Of a stretch of 64,000 bases of DNA, positions 1-13,622 are shown piece by piece. Where the stretch lies: contig CAIIXF020000001.1 in NCBI GenBank assembly GCA_903813345.2, positions 1,860,001-1,924,000 of the forward strand, in the 5' to 3' direction. This DNA comes from Owenia fusiformis (lineage: Eukaryota). The notes beneath the pieces are model-generated. The model worked only from the letters and a program-made list of their open reading frames with translations. It was not told where the DNA came from and did no database searches. The position numbers and the translations under genes are program-made. The first letter of the stretch is position 1; each line of letters starts with the position of its first letter.

Positions 1-1801
1 TAACAAACCAAAAACTGAACCAAGGGAGTCAAAAACAAACCCTAAAATTTTGAAACTGTCAGACCCCTAATTGCAACCAATTTGATGCATAAAGCATTTG
101 GCGTAATAAAGTAAGTGACTCATTTCAGTACCTCAGGTTTAAACCTTATAACTCTGTGGGGGGAAATGCCTGGGACACAATGCTACTTAAAAGAAAAATC
201 AGATACATCTTAGGCAAAGGGGTATAATGTCAACTCCATCTCATTTCAATTTGGGGTAACTTCGACGTATGGGGTAACTTCAACACCTAGTTGTTTATTG
301 GCACTAATTTCCAATCTAGGTCACCGTAAAACCTATGTTGTTTCCCCATTTTTTTCTCACATGGATCAAGAATAAAGATCTCATGAGATTTTGATTTGAT
401 TGATTTGAAATTGATTTTTTGAAAAATATTTTTTTTGTACTTTTTTTCATCGTCTCATACACTTTTAAAGTGCCCAGTAAGCACCAAATAGCATCTTAAA
501 ATTGTAAGAATTTCTAGAGGTAGTGGGCCACCCCTCACACCCCCTCAATACAATAGAAAAGTTCTGAATTTATTTTATGTATTGTCTCAGACACTTTTAA
601 AGTGCCCAGGTGCCCAGACATCATCACATAGCTCCTTGATATAGTCAGTGTTTCTGGGGACTAACTCTTGCTCCTCTTCGGATCCCCACCCCACCTCCCC
701 CTTTGATACCCCCGCCTCCCTTGACACCCGTCCAAAAAATAGAAAAAATTGTGATTTTCTCAATTTTTTAATTGACTCATACCCTTTGAAAGTGCCCAGA
801 AGTACCAAACATCATCTTAAAATTGTAAAATTTTCTAGAAGAGTTGGCCACCTCTCACATCCCCCACAAAACAATTGAGAAAATTCTGAATTTCATGTTT
901 TGTCTCAGACATTTTTAAAGTGCCCAGACATCATCAAATGGCACCTTGATATGGCCAATGTTTCTTGGAGACAACCCCTCTGGCACCCCACCCTACTTCA
1001 CCCTCTCATTCTCTTTGACACCCCCAAAATTATTGACTCATTCACTTTAAATGTGCCCAGAAAGCACCAAATAGCATCTCAAAAGTGCAAAATTTTCTAG
1101 GGGGAGTGGGTCACTCCTCACAAGTTTGGAAGTTGCATTTGTTAATCTTAAACACTTTGAAAGTGCCTAGAAGTCACCAAGTGACATAATAAAATCATAA
1201 AAACATAAACATTTCTGGCAGCCCACCCCAAAAACTAAAGCATTCATTTACTCAAACACATTAAAAGTGCTCAGAATTAACCAGACAGCATCTTGAATTA
1301 GTAAAATTTTCCTTGCTGCTCCCTCGCTTTCCTAAGAAGAAAATGATTGAAAAAGTCTGAATTTCGTATAAATTGATTCTATTTCAATTAAAACACCTTG
1401 AAAGGGTCCAGAAATCACTGAATGTGATCTTGAACTGGTAAGTACACCCTCCCCCTATTCCAGTGTTTCGCCAAATTGGTCATACAATATTTAGTCTAAA
1501 AACAATATGAAAACAATAAAATACTACAAAATAGGCTGAGTGGCCCAATATAGGGAGTAACCTACCACCCCTTTGACTTACGCAATTTGATTTACTTGGC
1601 AAAAAAATTGACAATTTTATTTTCTCTTTAGTTAAAACCGCACCCCCTTGGAGAAAAGTGTCTTACGGGCCTGAGAAGTATCATACTTTTATTTATTTGG
1701 TCAGACTTTTTCCGATGTACATTGCGATGTGCATCGATGTTTACTATTGAAAATTGCCCATGCATGCATCGATGTACGATTATGGCACATCGCGACAACA
1801 C

Positions 1802-2650
1802 TAGAGGTGTCACGGTCCAAAAACATTTTGGTACGGTATACAGGCTCGTAGCCAGGATTTGCCAAGGGGGGTTCAGTTTTCAAAAATTTCCAGGGGGGTT
1901 CACATTTGACAATTTTGGCCCAAATATGGCTAAAATCACTTGAGAAGTGCTCAAAATGGTGGAAAATTGCATGATTTTGAAAGTAATTTTGGCCAGGGGG
2001 GTTTGTCCAAACCCTGCAACCCCCCCCCCCCCTGGCTACTGGCCTGGTACAAATGGTCTCGGGACACGGTACTAATGGGATGGGACAGAACATTGAAGAA
2101 AAAGATGCAATGTCCGATGATGGCAGTTTCACTTTTCAAAATCATATTCAGAAAAAAACGTCAATTTTAAATCTAATATGATGCATCTGCAGCGAATGTG
2201 ATTGGCATTTCACATAATCTGCACTGTGTACTATCACCAATTCATTTACCTTGTGATATCGGAGTCCCAAAATACTTCCAAACTGCTGACTTTTTCGACT
2301 TAGATGCCAGCTCAATTTATTCTTTTCTACATCCGGCATACTGATAATGCACACGATTTGTGAACGACGATGTAGAAGTTTACGAACAAGCAGTACCATC
2401 TACCTAAAATCGGGGTCCGTTAATAACATTTTTCAATGCAACAAAGTGTAATCTAGGTACGAGGTAAGTGAAAATATTTAATTTTTCAGAATGAAATCAG
2501 AGGTGTTCCTCACTATTTATACACGTTTTTATGCATTTTAGGGAAGGAATTTATGTACCGTTAACGTACCAATATTAACCCTTTCTGTCCCGTGTCCCGA
2601 ACCATCTGGACAGAAATTCGGTCCAATATCAGGAAATCGTGACACCTCTA
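1802..2650. mobile_element. Non-autonomous hAT-like DNA transposon inserted in the TIR of another MITE
   Basis: TIRs TAGAGGTGTCACG / CGTGACACCTCTA; 8-bp TSD GACAACAC (1794-1801, 2651-2658). The target is the end of a MITE of the same family as 3682-4146. Contains a further insert at 1841-2046 (CAGGCTCGTAGCCAGG...CCTGGCTACTGGCCTG). Confidence 0.8.
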
Positions 2651-3253
2651 GACAACACTACGGTGAACTCTCGCAAAGTAATAATTCTATTTAAAACATC
2701 TTACTATGTAATTATCAGTCACATAATAAAGTAAACTACATGTATTAGATATGGTGCAACTGAACTTGTGTAACGTTGCAACACAGTACACACTGTGACA
2801 ACACTTACTCGAGTCATGTAACTTCATTGATTTCGTATTTTATCTAGAAAAAGTGTCACACGCACCTAGAACTCCTATTTAATAATTTTTATAAATATAT
2901 ATAAGAATATTTTAATTATATTGAGGTTGAAGCGTTGCTTGTCTGGATTAAAATATTTCAAAATTTCTTTTCGGAAAGAACCTTAAACTCAAGGATTCGC
3001 CATTTCTACAGCTCACTCAGCAGAAAAATGGAGGCCATTTTGAAATGAAATTCCACTCAGCTAAATCAAAATATATATAACAATCGATTAAGACGGAGAT
3101 ATGAGCTGATATTCTGCAAATGTATGCATAAAGGTATGTTTCATATAATTATGCCGTAACAACTGTGCATGTGCCACCATGATTTACAAATAATGAATTA
3201 CCAGGGTGGCTGTAACAATCACTCGAAGCCGGAACATAGAGAAGGCTTTGGCC

Positions 3254-4420
3254 CTAAGATTTTCGACATCTAAAAAGTTACTCGACTTTTTTGTGATTTT
3301 GAATCACAGAAAGCATTCTGAAGTTTCAAATTGGCACCACTTTTAATTTTTGGCATCCGCCTAATGTATACCACTTACCTTGTCATAAACTCAGTTTGAC
3401 CAGAAGTATCTTTGTTGCCGCTCGATTTTTTAAAAAAATGCCCCTTTTCTAATATATGCGGTTTACTTGGACTCGCCCAAAACGAGGGGTGTCAAACGCA
3501 AGATGTTAGAGATGAAGACATGTCGCCACTCTCAGAGAATCTATTCCATAATTTCAACATTACTACATGGTTTTACAAGCAAAAAAGATAGGGCAGGTTG
3601 TATATAGGACTGGACAAGATGAAAATAAATATTCTAAATAGATGACACCCCTTTCGAAATAAGATGAACTGAACCTATCACTAGTGTTGTCAATTAATCG
3701 ATACATCGCGATATACATCGCCAAAGCTGGTTCTGGCGATGCATCGATGTCTGAAACAAAACATCAATGTTTTTAAAAAATTTTAATTTGCTAAAAATCG
3801 CCCTTTCTTATCTTATTTTGACGCAGATTGCTTACCTTTTTTAATGTCTTATTTCATTTTCAAATGTTTTCTGATATTCTTTCGCTTTAAAACTGTTTTA
3901 GCTAGTCGAAATGAACCATTAATCTAAAAAATTACTTTACTTTCATTTCACTGTTACTATGTTCCCGGATGTACCAGCGTACTCTTATTAATTTGTTCTG
4001 TTCGATATTTTAGTGCATTAGCGTTCGGTATTTCAGTGCACTTTTCTCGAACTTTTTCTCGATGTACATCGCGATGTGCATCAATGTTTACTACTGAAAA
4101 TTGCCGATGCATCGATGTACGATTATGGCACATCGCGACAACACTACCTATCACGTGACCGATTTCTTAGAAGAAATGACACCAGAAAAACAAAAGCTCC
4201 GAAGAGAATTTTCGCTTGAAATGTTGAAAAGCAAGCCCAGTTTTCTATGGGAATATACCGTAATTAATAGTTATGTGTATAATATTACCGAGTTCGATGG
4301 TGCATAAGTTGGGCGGTGGATCATTTTGTAAGTACGACAATGTGAATTCATGCAACTGTTACTTTTTGGAATCTTTTTTGCAAAAAAGTCGAGCAACTTT
4401 TTAGATGTCGAAAATCTTAG
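3254..4420. mobile_element. Probable TIR element (about 40-bp inverted ends)
   Basis: CTAAGATTTTCGACATCTAAAAAGTT.CTCGACTTTTT at 3254 recurs inverted, ending at 4420; no clear TSD. Confidence 0.45.
3682..4146. mobile_element. hAT-like MITE
   Basis: TIR TAGTGTTGTC / GACAACACTA with 8-bp TSD CCTATCAC (3674-3681, 4147-4154); partial second copy at about 1700-1801. Confidence 0.85.
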
Positions 4421-5099
4421 TAAGACAACACAAAACTTGTGACTTGCAAGCTGATATATGAAAAAAGTGGGTTCAAATACACTGATTTCTAGTCTATAGC
4501 TTAGGTCCAAAGTCATAAGCATATGATTTAATTTTTCAAACTATCCTCTAATCTTAAATTATACATACCCTTGGTTCATATTGAGGAACTAACAAGAAAT
4601 TTCACGAAATTTGAGGACCAAATTTTAATTTCTAGCCATTTCCGGTTTCACATAGTCTCTAAACTTTTTGATTTTTTTCTTAGAGTTATATAATACTTAT
4701 CAAACGATTCACGAGAAGATTGTTATATAAATTTCGAAACAATAATATTTAATCTACAATTTACATCCACGAATGTCTGAATGACTAATAATATACTGTA
4801 ATTTATATTATAAAAGAAGGTGCTAGAGACTGCAGTAATACTTCCGCCCGCCTGACCTACATTCTTTTAAATTTTTGAAAGTGAACTTTCAGGAAGAAAA
4901 ACTGTGATGTAAGCATCATCAGTAGATCTGATCACGAAAACATCAATCCCTCAAGAGAGTCCAGGCAATCATTATCATTCAGTGAGCATATTAAGGTAAA
5001 GTTCATCCTTGATTCATCATTTTGTATCTTTTCAACCTTGTCCTTGGGCTGAGTTTCAGTGACGTGAGCAAATTTTTTTTCTTTATACATATTCACCTA

Positions 5100-5747
5100 T
5101 AGAGTCAATACGTCCAAATCCAAACAGGGGGGTAAACACGAACGGGTTCCAAATAATGGCAAGCAGATCATTGAATTGAATAATAGTACCTCTACTACCT
5201 CTACATAATATTTATAGCCTTAAAGATACAATATAATGATGTTTACCAACAATCTTACAATAAAATAATCAATTATGATGATTTAGGTGTTCGGAATTAC
5301 CCCCATGCTAGTGTTTGGAATTACCCCCACAAACGCTGTGCGTTTAAATAAATAGATGTCAGTAATAAATGATTTAAATTTGGGTTTCTTGATATGCAGG
5401 GGTGCCAGGATCCAGTATCATAAGTTAAGGGTATCATATAATGATATACCATCAATCTAATAATTAAAACAATTAAGTTTAAGTTAAGTGTTTGGAATTA
5501 CCCCCATGCAAGTGTTCGGATTTACCCCCCAAAAAAACTCCTGTTCGGAATTACCCCCCTAAAATACCTTGTAGTAAAAATGGAATAACCCAGATATTTT
5601 TTACAGTTTTTCGTAATTTATTCTGCAAATGCATTCTACAGTGGATAATACACATAATATATATAGAATCATAGCATAGATGTGCAGTACAGCCAAGCTA
5701 ACTAAATTTTTTGATGGGGGTGTTTGGAAATAGACGTACTGACTCTA
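5100..5747. mobile_element. Non-autonomous TIR element
   Basis: TAGAGTCAATACGTC...GACGTACTGACTCTA inverted termini; internal GGAATTACCCCC subterminal repeats. Confidence 0.6.
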
Positions 5748-6011
5748 GTCTACTCCTTATCAGTAAAGAAGCCCTGAATCTGCTCCTTGATGTGCTAATT
5801 TGGCAATTGTGCTGACCTATTGATTGTGCAATTGTGCTGACCTATTTTCGTCGAAATTATCTGAAACTTGAGTCTAAACTGGCGAAATCCATATTTGTCT
5901 GATTGGTTGTTAAATTATTTATCAGTGTTGGTTACGTGACCAAAGGAACTCTGTAAATGGTAGTTCTGGCTCAGGCTCCAGGTGCATGCCGAGTTTGCCG
6001 AAGCTTGTGTG

Positions 6012-8628
6012 TGTGACGATCCTTCAGATTACTTTGAGCATGGTAATGGAATTGCCTTGAAGGATTGTCACTTTGTTCAACTTTTTGCTCTTCACTTTAT
6101 CAATTGTGCTTTTAGTTACTCAATATTTAAAGAGTTATAAAATAATTTAAATTCTGTAAAAGGGTAGTCAGTATTTCTACTTTGGCTATACTCTTAAAGT
6201 ATGGTTAGAGTTTAATCATTTTACTCTATATTTATATTTATTTTTACTAACCTTCTCTTGTGTTTTTAATGTAATATTATTTACAGGATTAATGTCAACA
6301 TATATATTTTGTTCATAATAAGACTTTAATGTGAATGTTTTAGGCCCAGTTTCATGTTTAATGTTATGTTACAAACTTTTTAGAAAGGGCAGTTGTCTGG
6401 GTTTGTTTCAAAATCCAAAGTGAGGCTTATTAAGCTTGATTTAAGTAAATAAGCACGATTTAAGTGAATTGTCTTTTTCTGTGCTTTTATGATTCGAATT
6501 CAAGCCGGCCAGACATGGAAAACATTTTGTGGAATTTTAAACATTAAATCGTCACTAAAATTGGATATTTATATTGCCGCAGATAAACCAACTTAGGTGT
6601 ACGAGTTGGTAAAGGTAATTGACTTGATCTAATTGTATTTTTGCAGAGTTTTAGTCTTTGAAAAGAAGTATCTGTACACTTGATTTTTTTTCCTTAATTT
6701 TATTGATTTGCCTTGTGAACATCCCGTATTTAAATTGTCCCAGGGATTGTTAAGGAACATTTGACAAGGTTAAAGCAAAGTTACACGCAGAGTTTTTGTC
6801 TTAAAGAACCTATGTAACTTATTAACGAGCGTCGAAAGCAAGTTCCCGGGGTTCCTTATGGAACCTTCTATACAACATTCCCCACAGGGAATCGTTTAGG
6901 AATATTTGACAAGGTGTACGGAAAGTTACTGTCTTTACGAACCTTATGTAGCTTGCTCTAAACCAGAGTCAACTGCAAATTCCAGGGGTTCATAGACACC
7001 TCTATAAGACATTCCCCCCCCCCATCCAGTTTGGGACTGTATTTAGTTTGTTCACAGGGTAAATTTTATTGATACACTAGAAATACTCCTTTGTATATTT
7101 GTATGTTAAATTCTGGGTAATTTAAAGGTGAAATCCCGGGCTTATGGGACCATTATCAAACAACTGATCATTGAAGTACTTTTAAGGATCACGGTCTTTC
7201 GAAGCCCATTTTCGGACTTAAGACACCCCCTCCCCTTCTAGTTTTCCATGTCTGGTCTAATTCTGTGTTAACCACATTCTTATTCATTGATTATAGATAC
7301 TAGAATACTTTTAAAATACTGTTTCCCATTTGTTTGCCAATTGTACCATAGTCTGATAGTGGCAAAATGATGTTCCACTTTTCATGTGAGTAGTATAGGG
7401 AGCTTATTTCAACCCCCCCCCCCAGGGATGATATAAAATTGCACTGTTAAGTTACATTTTTGGAAAAAGACCCATTTTAGGCTTTATTGCAAATTGTTTA
7501 ACTGAACTTCCATTAGCTGTGCTGTTTTATGCATGTTTGGTTTGAGAGATTATTTACTTGATATTACCATCTCGACAGTACTGAATTGTGTAATGTTTGT
7601 GTAGATTAATAAAGAGAAATAGAGTCGTTTTTATACATTATATAAAAATCCACAGAATATCACTTGTTGTGTTCGATTGTTTTTTATATATATGTTAGAA
7701 AATCCCCCCCCCCTCATTTTATCTGAAGTAGATTCTGGATTCAAAATAGATTCCGACTAAATTCCAGGTGACTTTAGTGATACTAACATTCAAGCAACAA
7801 GCTTTATCTTAGCTCATATTTGCTAAGGGCTTCTTTGAATAACAATCACTCGCAATAAGTCATACATATATTTCCCCAGAAACTATGCAATAGGGTATAC
7901 ATGTAGATAAATTACAATCAAGGATCTTACTTTCTGATTTAACCCTTGTCTTATTGATAATATTAGTGAGAATTTCATTCACCCTGGTGAGTTTGACAGA
8001 CTCTTGATTTGAAATAGCCCTACTTTAATTCTTACAAAATCTCCCATTTTAAGTGTGAACAGTGAGCTTTATATACAGCTCGAAGTCCATTGTAGCCCCC
8101 AGTGGCTAAGACTTCCACCTGGTTATACTCACACCCTAACATTATACTTATTTGATACAACTGAACACTGGGCACATTCAGAATCTGGAGTCTGTTGCCA
8201 TTCGCCTTTATGAGACATACAACTTACATTAAAAACTGACAAATCTTACTTAGTCTATATTCAGATTTTGTTATCCCGTAATTGTTATCCCGAAATTGTC
8301 CCACTTCATCCTAATAATATTTATCCCAGAATTTATCCCTAAATTTTTATCCCTATATTTATCCCAGAATTTATCCCTAAATTTTATCCCTAAATTTATC
8401 CCTAATTTATCCCTAAATTTTCATCGCAAAATTTATCCCAATTTGATCCCATTTTGTTTTGATACTGTGAACACGGACGTTGTTCAATTAAATAGGGATA
8501 TACATTTCAACTTTTACTTGAACTTGTCCCGAAACTAAGTTAATGAAAACATCAAATCAAACTATTGACTCTTAGACTGTATTCTGTTTACGACCCCCAA
8601 ACCACGCTACCACACGAGGGTCGTGACA
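6012..8628 (+). repeat. 5' LTR (2617 bp)
   Basis: Starts TGTGACGA, ends TCGTGACA; near-identical to 13623-16250. I saw poly-C length differences and about two substitutions. Confidence 0.95.
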
Positions 8629-8632
8629 GAAA

Positions 8633-8650
8633 TGGTGGCCATTGTGGTGT
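8633..8650 (+). promoter_or_regulatory. Primer binding site (TGGTGGCCATTGTGG...)
   Basis: TGG-initiated motif 4 bp after the 5' LTR. TGGTGGCC resembles the complement of a tRNA-Ile 3' end; the tRNA identity is tentative. Confidence 0.6.
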
Positions 8651-8759
8651 GATGTAATACTTGACGTATTGACCCAAGCCCAGTTTAACGCCATTACTTA
8701 CGTTTATGCTAATTTTCACTCATTAATATTCAAAGCGAGATCATTAACTGTAATCAACA

Positions 8760-11700
8760 ATGTCGGAAAAGTCGGACATCTTAAATCTCGCAAAGCGCAC
8801 CCCATTACCCGTGTCCGAATCCACGGAAAGACCCTTATCTAGCCGAAAATCACAGGCGGAAGCTTTTGAAACTATTATCCCCGGGTGGTTTGATGATTCT
8901 GAAGTTGTATTGGGCCATCAACACCTTAATGAACAAGAGTTGAAATTGGCTCAAGACGATACACTTCCACTTGAATCATCAGCAACTACACCACCCCCAT
9001 TAAAGAGACCATCTTTTAAGCTTTCTCTGCCTGTCAAATTGACGCGCATTCCTAAATTTCGGTTAGATATGCCTAGACAACTTCCCAAGGGCAGGTTGTT
9101 TAATCCCCTGCTTAAAATGGTTAAGCAGGAGACTAAAGACCCAAAAAGTGACATTGGTACTTTTAAAAAATGGTGAAAAAAGTGTGAGTAGTAGAGGTGG
9201 GGCATATGAACCCCCCATAGCTGGTGCACCTGGGTCCCTTGAAAAGGAAACCTTGATGGGTGCTTATGGGGGAATGCCATCTAAAACACCTCCTTTAAAG
9301 CCTCTTCCAGCCTATGGAACAAGAGCTACTGCTAAACAAGCTTTTTCACCCCTCAGTTTAGCCCTCTATTTAAAAACAGATTTAGGGCCTAATGATCAAA
9401 GAATTTTACACCCTAAGTATAAAAGGAAAAGTGATTCTCAAATTGTGAAGTCCTCTGAATTGCAAAAGCCATTGGAAAAACTGTCAACAAGGGGAACATT
9501 CCAATTTAGAAAACCCTTAGATGTCCAAACACACCCTCATGCTTACCCCGGTAAGCCGTCCAGTGCATCTACTCATACAGCTGGTAGAAAGTCTGGACAG
9601 GGTTTAATGACATCCACAAAGGTTTCTTCTCATGGAAGATCTGCAAGTCATGGCAGTTTATCTGATTCAAACCCAAGCAAACATTCAATGCATACTTCTC
9701 CTCTATTACCAAGTGAGAATCAGAAAAATAAGCCACAGAGCTGGCCAAACAAATTTCAGTCCTCTCCATTTAGACCCTTACTTCCCCCAATTAAGATAAC
9801 TGACATTCCCAGATTTAGACCAAAGACCCCAGATTTCTCTCATTCCCGTAATTTGACACTGAAGTCCCAAATTTATGTCAAACAGGAGAGAAAAGATGAC
9901 TATACAAAGCCAAACTATGATTTGTTGGGTCATTCTAGCAAAATGGGAGTAGTAAAGGATGTGCTAGTCAACTACCAGGTTCCACCCCTTTCTCCGTTGC
10001 CACCGGCACCTCATGGAGATGCCATGCTCCAGAAAGCATATGGGAGTGAACTGTTAAAACAGACTTTGCAAAGCTCTTTGCTGATCCCATCTGATAGAAT
10101 ACCACTCTCAATGTGTAATGACATTAAATACACAAGAGGTTTGCCTAAGGAGGCACTATCAGCTGATGAGTTATATGATCTCAAGATGGATTTCCAGGCT
10201 TCAAGCGACCCTTTAGTTGCAAAAGAGATTACTCAATTAAGTAAACCTAACAAGTTGAAACATGCTGAATTTCTAACTGAGCAGACTGTTCCATACTCGG
10301 ACATTAAGTCTAAAAGTTATGAATGTATGCATCAACCCGAAAGTACCCTTTGTAGACAAGATTTAAAGAGGCCTAATGATAGAGTTTTATGTGAATCTAG
10401 TAAATCCCCTCCTTGCAAAATCCTAGTTGTTGATAAATCTGATATATTCAGTTTATCAGACAAATCATCTCAAAGCACTGAGTTTTCTGCCAATTGCAGA
10501 CAGCCATATAGTCTACCCAAAAGTGTGGATCAAACATATGATTCACATTTGGAGACACGTTCATGGCTTGATGCTCAAATACCTGGCTATAACAGAAGTG
10601 CCTTGCCCTCCCATGAGATGTCAGCCCAGGATGCTAGTAGTGTGTGCACAACTTGTCAACAATTCCCCTTCAAACAGAGGGTAAATGAGGATTATGCTGG
10701 ATCCTCGGAAGCTGAATCACTATTCCCCTCTCCAGAATATGAATCCGCTGTTGACTTTTCTGACCCAGATTATGTAGAATATAGTATGAAATGCCCATCT
10801 TACAATGCAAAAACTAGACAAAGGCCATTTTACTATATGAATAATACTGATGAGTATGAATCTGCTATGGAAAATAGTTTTCCTCCCCTTAGATCTACAG
10901 TTATGAGTAGATCAAAAGTGAATCCAAGTTCACCTGGTCTCTACAGACAGATTGAAAAACCCAATGATCTGTTTATATCCAGTCCTAATACATCTGATCA
11001 GGAATCCTATACTGGAGTTGAAAAGCAAAGAAGAGGTACTTCATTTTCTAGAAAGGAAATGAAAGCACCACTTTTCAATGGAAAGTGCAGTCTCTCGGCT
11101 TTTCTTATCCAATTTAGACTTGTCTCTAACATCAATGGTTGGACAGATGAAGAATCTGCCATCTTTATGGTGAGGAATCTTGAAGGAGAGGCTGTCAATG
11201 TTTTAGATGATTTGGATGATGAAGACCTACCAACCTTGGCTAGTATCATTAATGTCCTGAAAATTAACTATGAACCCCCTGAACAAAATAACCATGCCCG
11301 TGCCGAGCTTAAACATAAGTTCAGGGGCAATGATGAGCCTCTTGAAAAGTTGGCTCATAATATCAGAAAATTATCAAGACAAGCTTTTGGGAAGTCAAGC
11401 ATGTCAAAGAAGACAATTGATGACCTAGCTACACAGGCCTTCATTGATGCTTTGAATAATGAAGAACTGGAATCCAAGCTTTCTTTTTCTAACCCTAAAA
11501 CCCTCAATGAAGCTCTTACCATGGCTTTACAATATGAGGCTTTCTTCAAGGGAAGAAAGAAAAGACTTGAACGTTTCCAAGACCCTGGTGTATGTGCTAC
11601 TCCAACTCCTGTTCAGGTTAACTCATCTACCTCATTATCTCTTTCTGAGAATGATGTGATTGAAATAGTGGAGCAAAAGATAGAGGCTTTAGCCAGAAAT

Positions 11701-11907
11701 CTGACTCAAACTATATCAAAGGAGAAACCTGATTCCAAACTGAAAAGAAAATACTGTAAAATATGTGACTCTGGAAGTCATTAAGTATTTGATTGTACCA
11801 AAAGACATCCAAACTCCAAAGTTCCTGGAGCCACATTATGCTTCTATTGTGCCCAGGACACTCATTGTGTAAATGCCTGTCCCTCCCTTAAGGGTAGGCT
11901 AAGTTAG
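8760..11907 (+). pseudogene. gag: Long Gag (disordered N-terminus, capsid, two CCHC zinc knuckles), disrupted
   Basis: ORF 8760-9176 overlaps ORF 9148-11784 (+1 frame, at TTTTAAAAAA). Capsid-like region FNGKCSLSAFLIQF...GWTDEE...LEGEA...FIDAL...PKTLNEALTMA. In-frame TAA inside the knuckle CKICDSGSH*VFDC, then CFYCAQDTHCVNAC and TAG at 11905-11907. Confidence 0.85.
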
Positions 11908-13609
11908 CTTTTATGAGGCTAAGTTAGCTTTTAAGCTAACTTGCATGAATGTATCTGCATAGTAAGTCCAAGCCACCACAGGTACATCATATCCTTCCAA
12001 AAAGTGGCTGGTGAGACCATATGTGTTTGATGTGAATGTAAGAAAAAAAACTAATTTTGTTTTTCTTAACTGAAGTATTCCTGTACCATTCCTGATGTTT
12101 CTCATCTTATGTCTACCAGATGTCCTGAGCTGTTGAAGCTTTGATTCCTGAGAAGCTTAAACTACAATGTTCAGTGGTAGTGATGACATGACCACACACA
12201 GAGCATTATTTAATTGTTCATATGTTCTGGATTACCAGTGACCTGCTTTACTCAAGCAATGGGGTTCATTGTAAACACTGGCCTGATCACCCAATGTTTA
12301 CAGACATGAAGCCTGTTTACGCTTTGGGAAACAAGTCTATTGAAATCCAAAGGACATTGCAATATTATAGTTTTGTCCCTGCTTCTGTTTAAATGAGGTG
12401 GACGAACTTGTGACCCTCTGGGGGTGAGTGCCACGATGGACAAGAGCTCTGTCCATTTGCTTCATCGAAGTGTTTCCCTACTACTGACTGTAGGTTCCCC
12501 TCATACCCCCAGTTCCACTTTCAAGCAACTGTCCCAGCTTGTGACCCCATCCACTGCAATGGATGTGCCCATCAAGTTTGAATCCTACCTCGCCTCCCTA
12601 ACTGCCTTTGTACCAAAAGGGCAATGATGACTGAAGTTGAATCATTCTCAGTACAAATGTTATGAGATATTATCTGAATCCTTCCAATTGGAAACTGTTT
12701 GTGAAAGGATATATCTTGAAGATACGTTTGATTGATTCAATTTCATTTGACAACCCTTTACTTTTTGGCCAATTCATATCACATGTGTGATATTCAAAAT
12801 TTATTATTGAATAACCAGTCTTATTTCCAGGACTGTAACACTTTTATTCCAGCCCAGCATGAACCAAGTGATGACCTTCAACCTAATTAACATTGTACAC
12901 TATGCTATATAAAAGTAATCTGAACAGATGAACACTATCATGATTGCTGTTCGATTAAAGTGACTTATTTGGTGTACCCAATGAAGCGACGATATTGGGA
13001 GCCACTCTTAATATTGACATTGAGAATTAAAGCTTATGAACAGAGACATGTACCCTATACTTATAAGAATTGATTCTGCAGCTTTGTGATGACTCTGCAT
13101 TTTGAGGAAGGACACAAAGAATGGCTGACAAGCTCAATTTTATATTGTACTAGAGACCATGCCAATACTAAACATATTCCCCTATTATAGTGGGGAACCA
13201 GTGACAATGACTGTATCATCAATGAATGTGATGGTAAGAACATTTAATAAACAGTACAGACAGTATGGATATTACTTCAACCCTTCACAAGAACCATAAC
13301 CTACAAGAGAAAGAAGAAAGACACTAATGCTGCTAGAGACATTTTTGTAATTAAACGTGATTGTTTATGCTAGCCTTTTATGTTATGTATTTCAGGTGAG
13401 AAAGTGTAAACTAACATTGTATTTGATTTAGACTTATGTTTATTAAGTAGTAAACTGATTATACATTAAAACCTTATTGTGTATATATCTATCAATTCCT
13501 TTACTAAGTACTATGTTGTAAATGATGTGTGAAATGCTTATTTTGGGTAATGTGTTTATGTATGATTTTTCATCTTTATAATTTCATAGTTCGAGGACGA
13601 ACTGTTTTT

Positions 13610-13622
13610 AAAGAGGGAGCAG
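13610..13622 (+). promoter_or_regulatory. Polypurine tract
   Basis: AAAGAGGGAGCAG immediately before the 3' LTR; preceded by the small hairpin GTTCGAGGACGAAC. Confidence 0.8.

Noticed and set aside
460-1440. Degenerate repeats containing AAAGTGCCCAG, with short ORFs
   Set aside because: Looks like the interior of an old repetitive element; boundaries and coding potential are not supportable.
8296-8538. 80-aa ORF duplicated at 15918-16160; CCCTAA telomere-like motifs
   Set aside because: Lies within the LTR repeat block with a non-ATG start; the CCCTAA units are not contiguous telomeric arrays.
9148-11784. Domesticated Arc/PNMA-like gag gene
   Set aside because: Flanked by near-identical LTRs with TSD, PBS and PPT, and carries disabling lesions; it behaves as a recent transposon.
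11908-13609. pol or env in the LTR element interior
   Set aside because: Only short ORFs; I found no protease, YxDD or integrase motifs by eye. An HMM search would be decisive.
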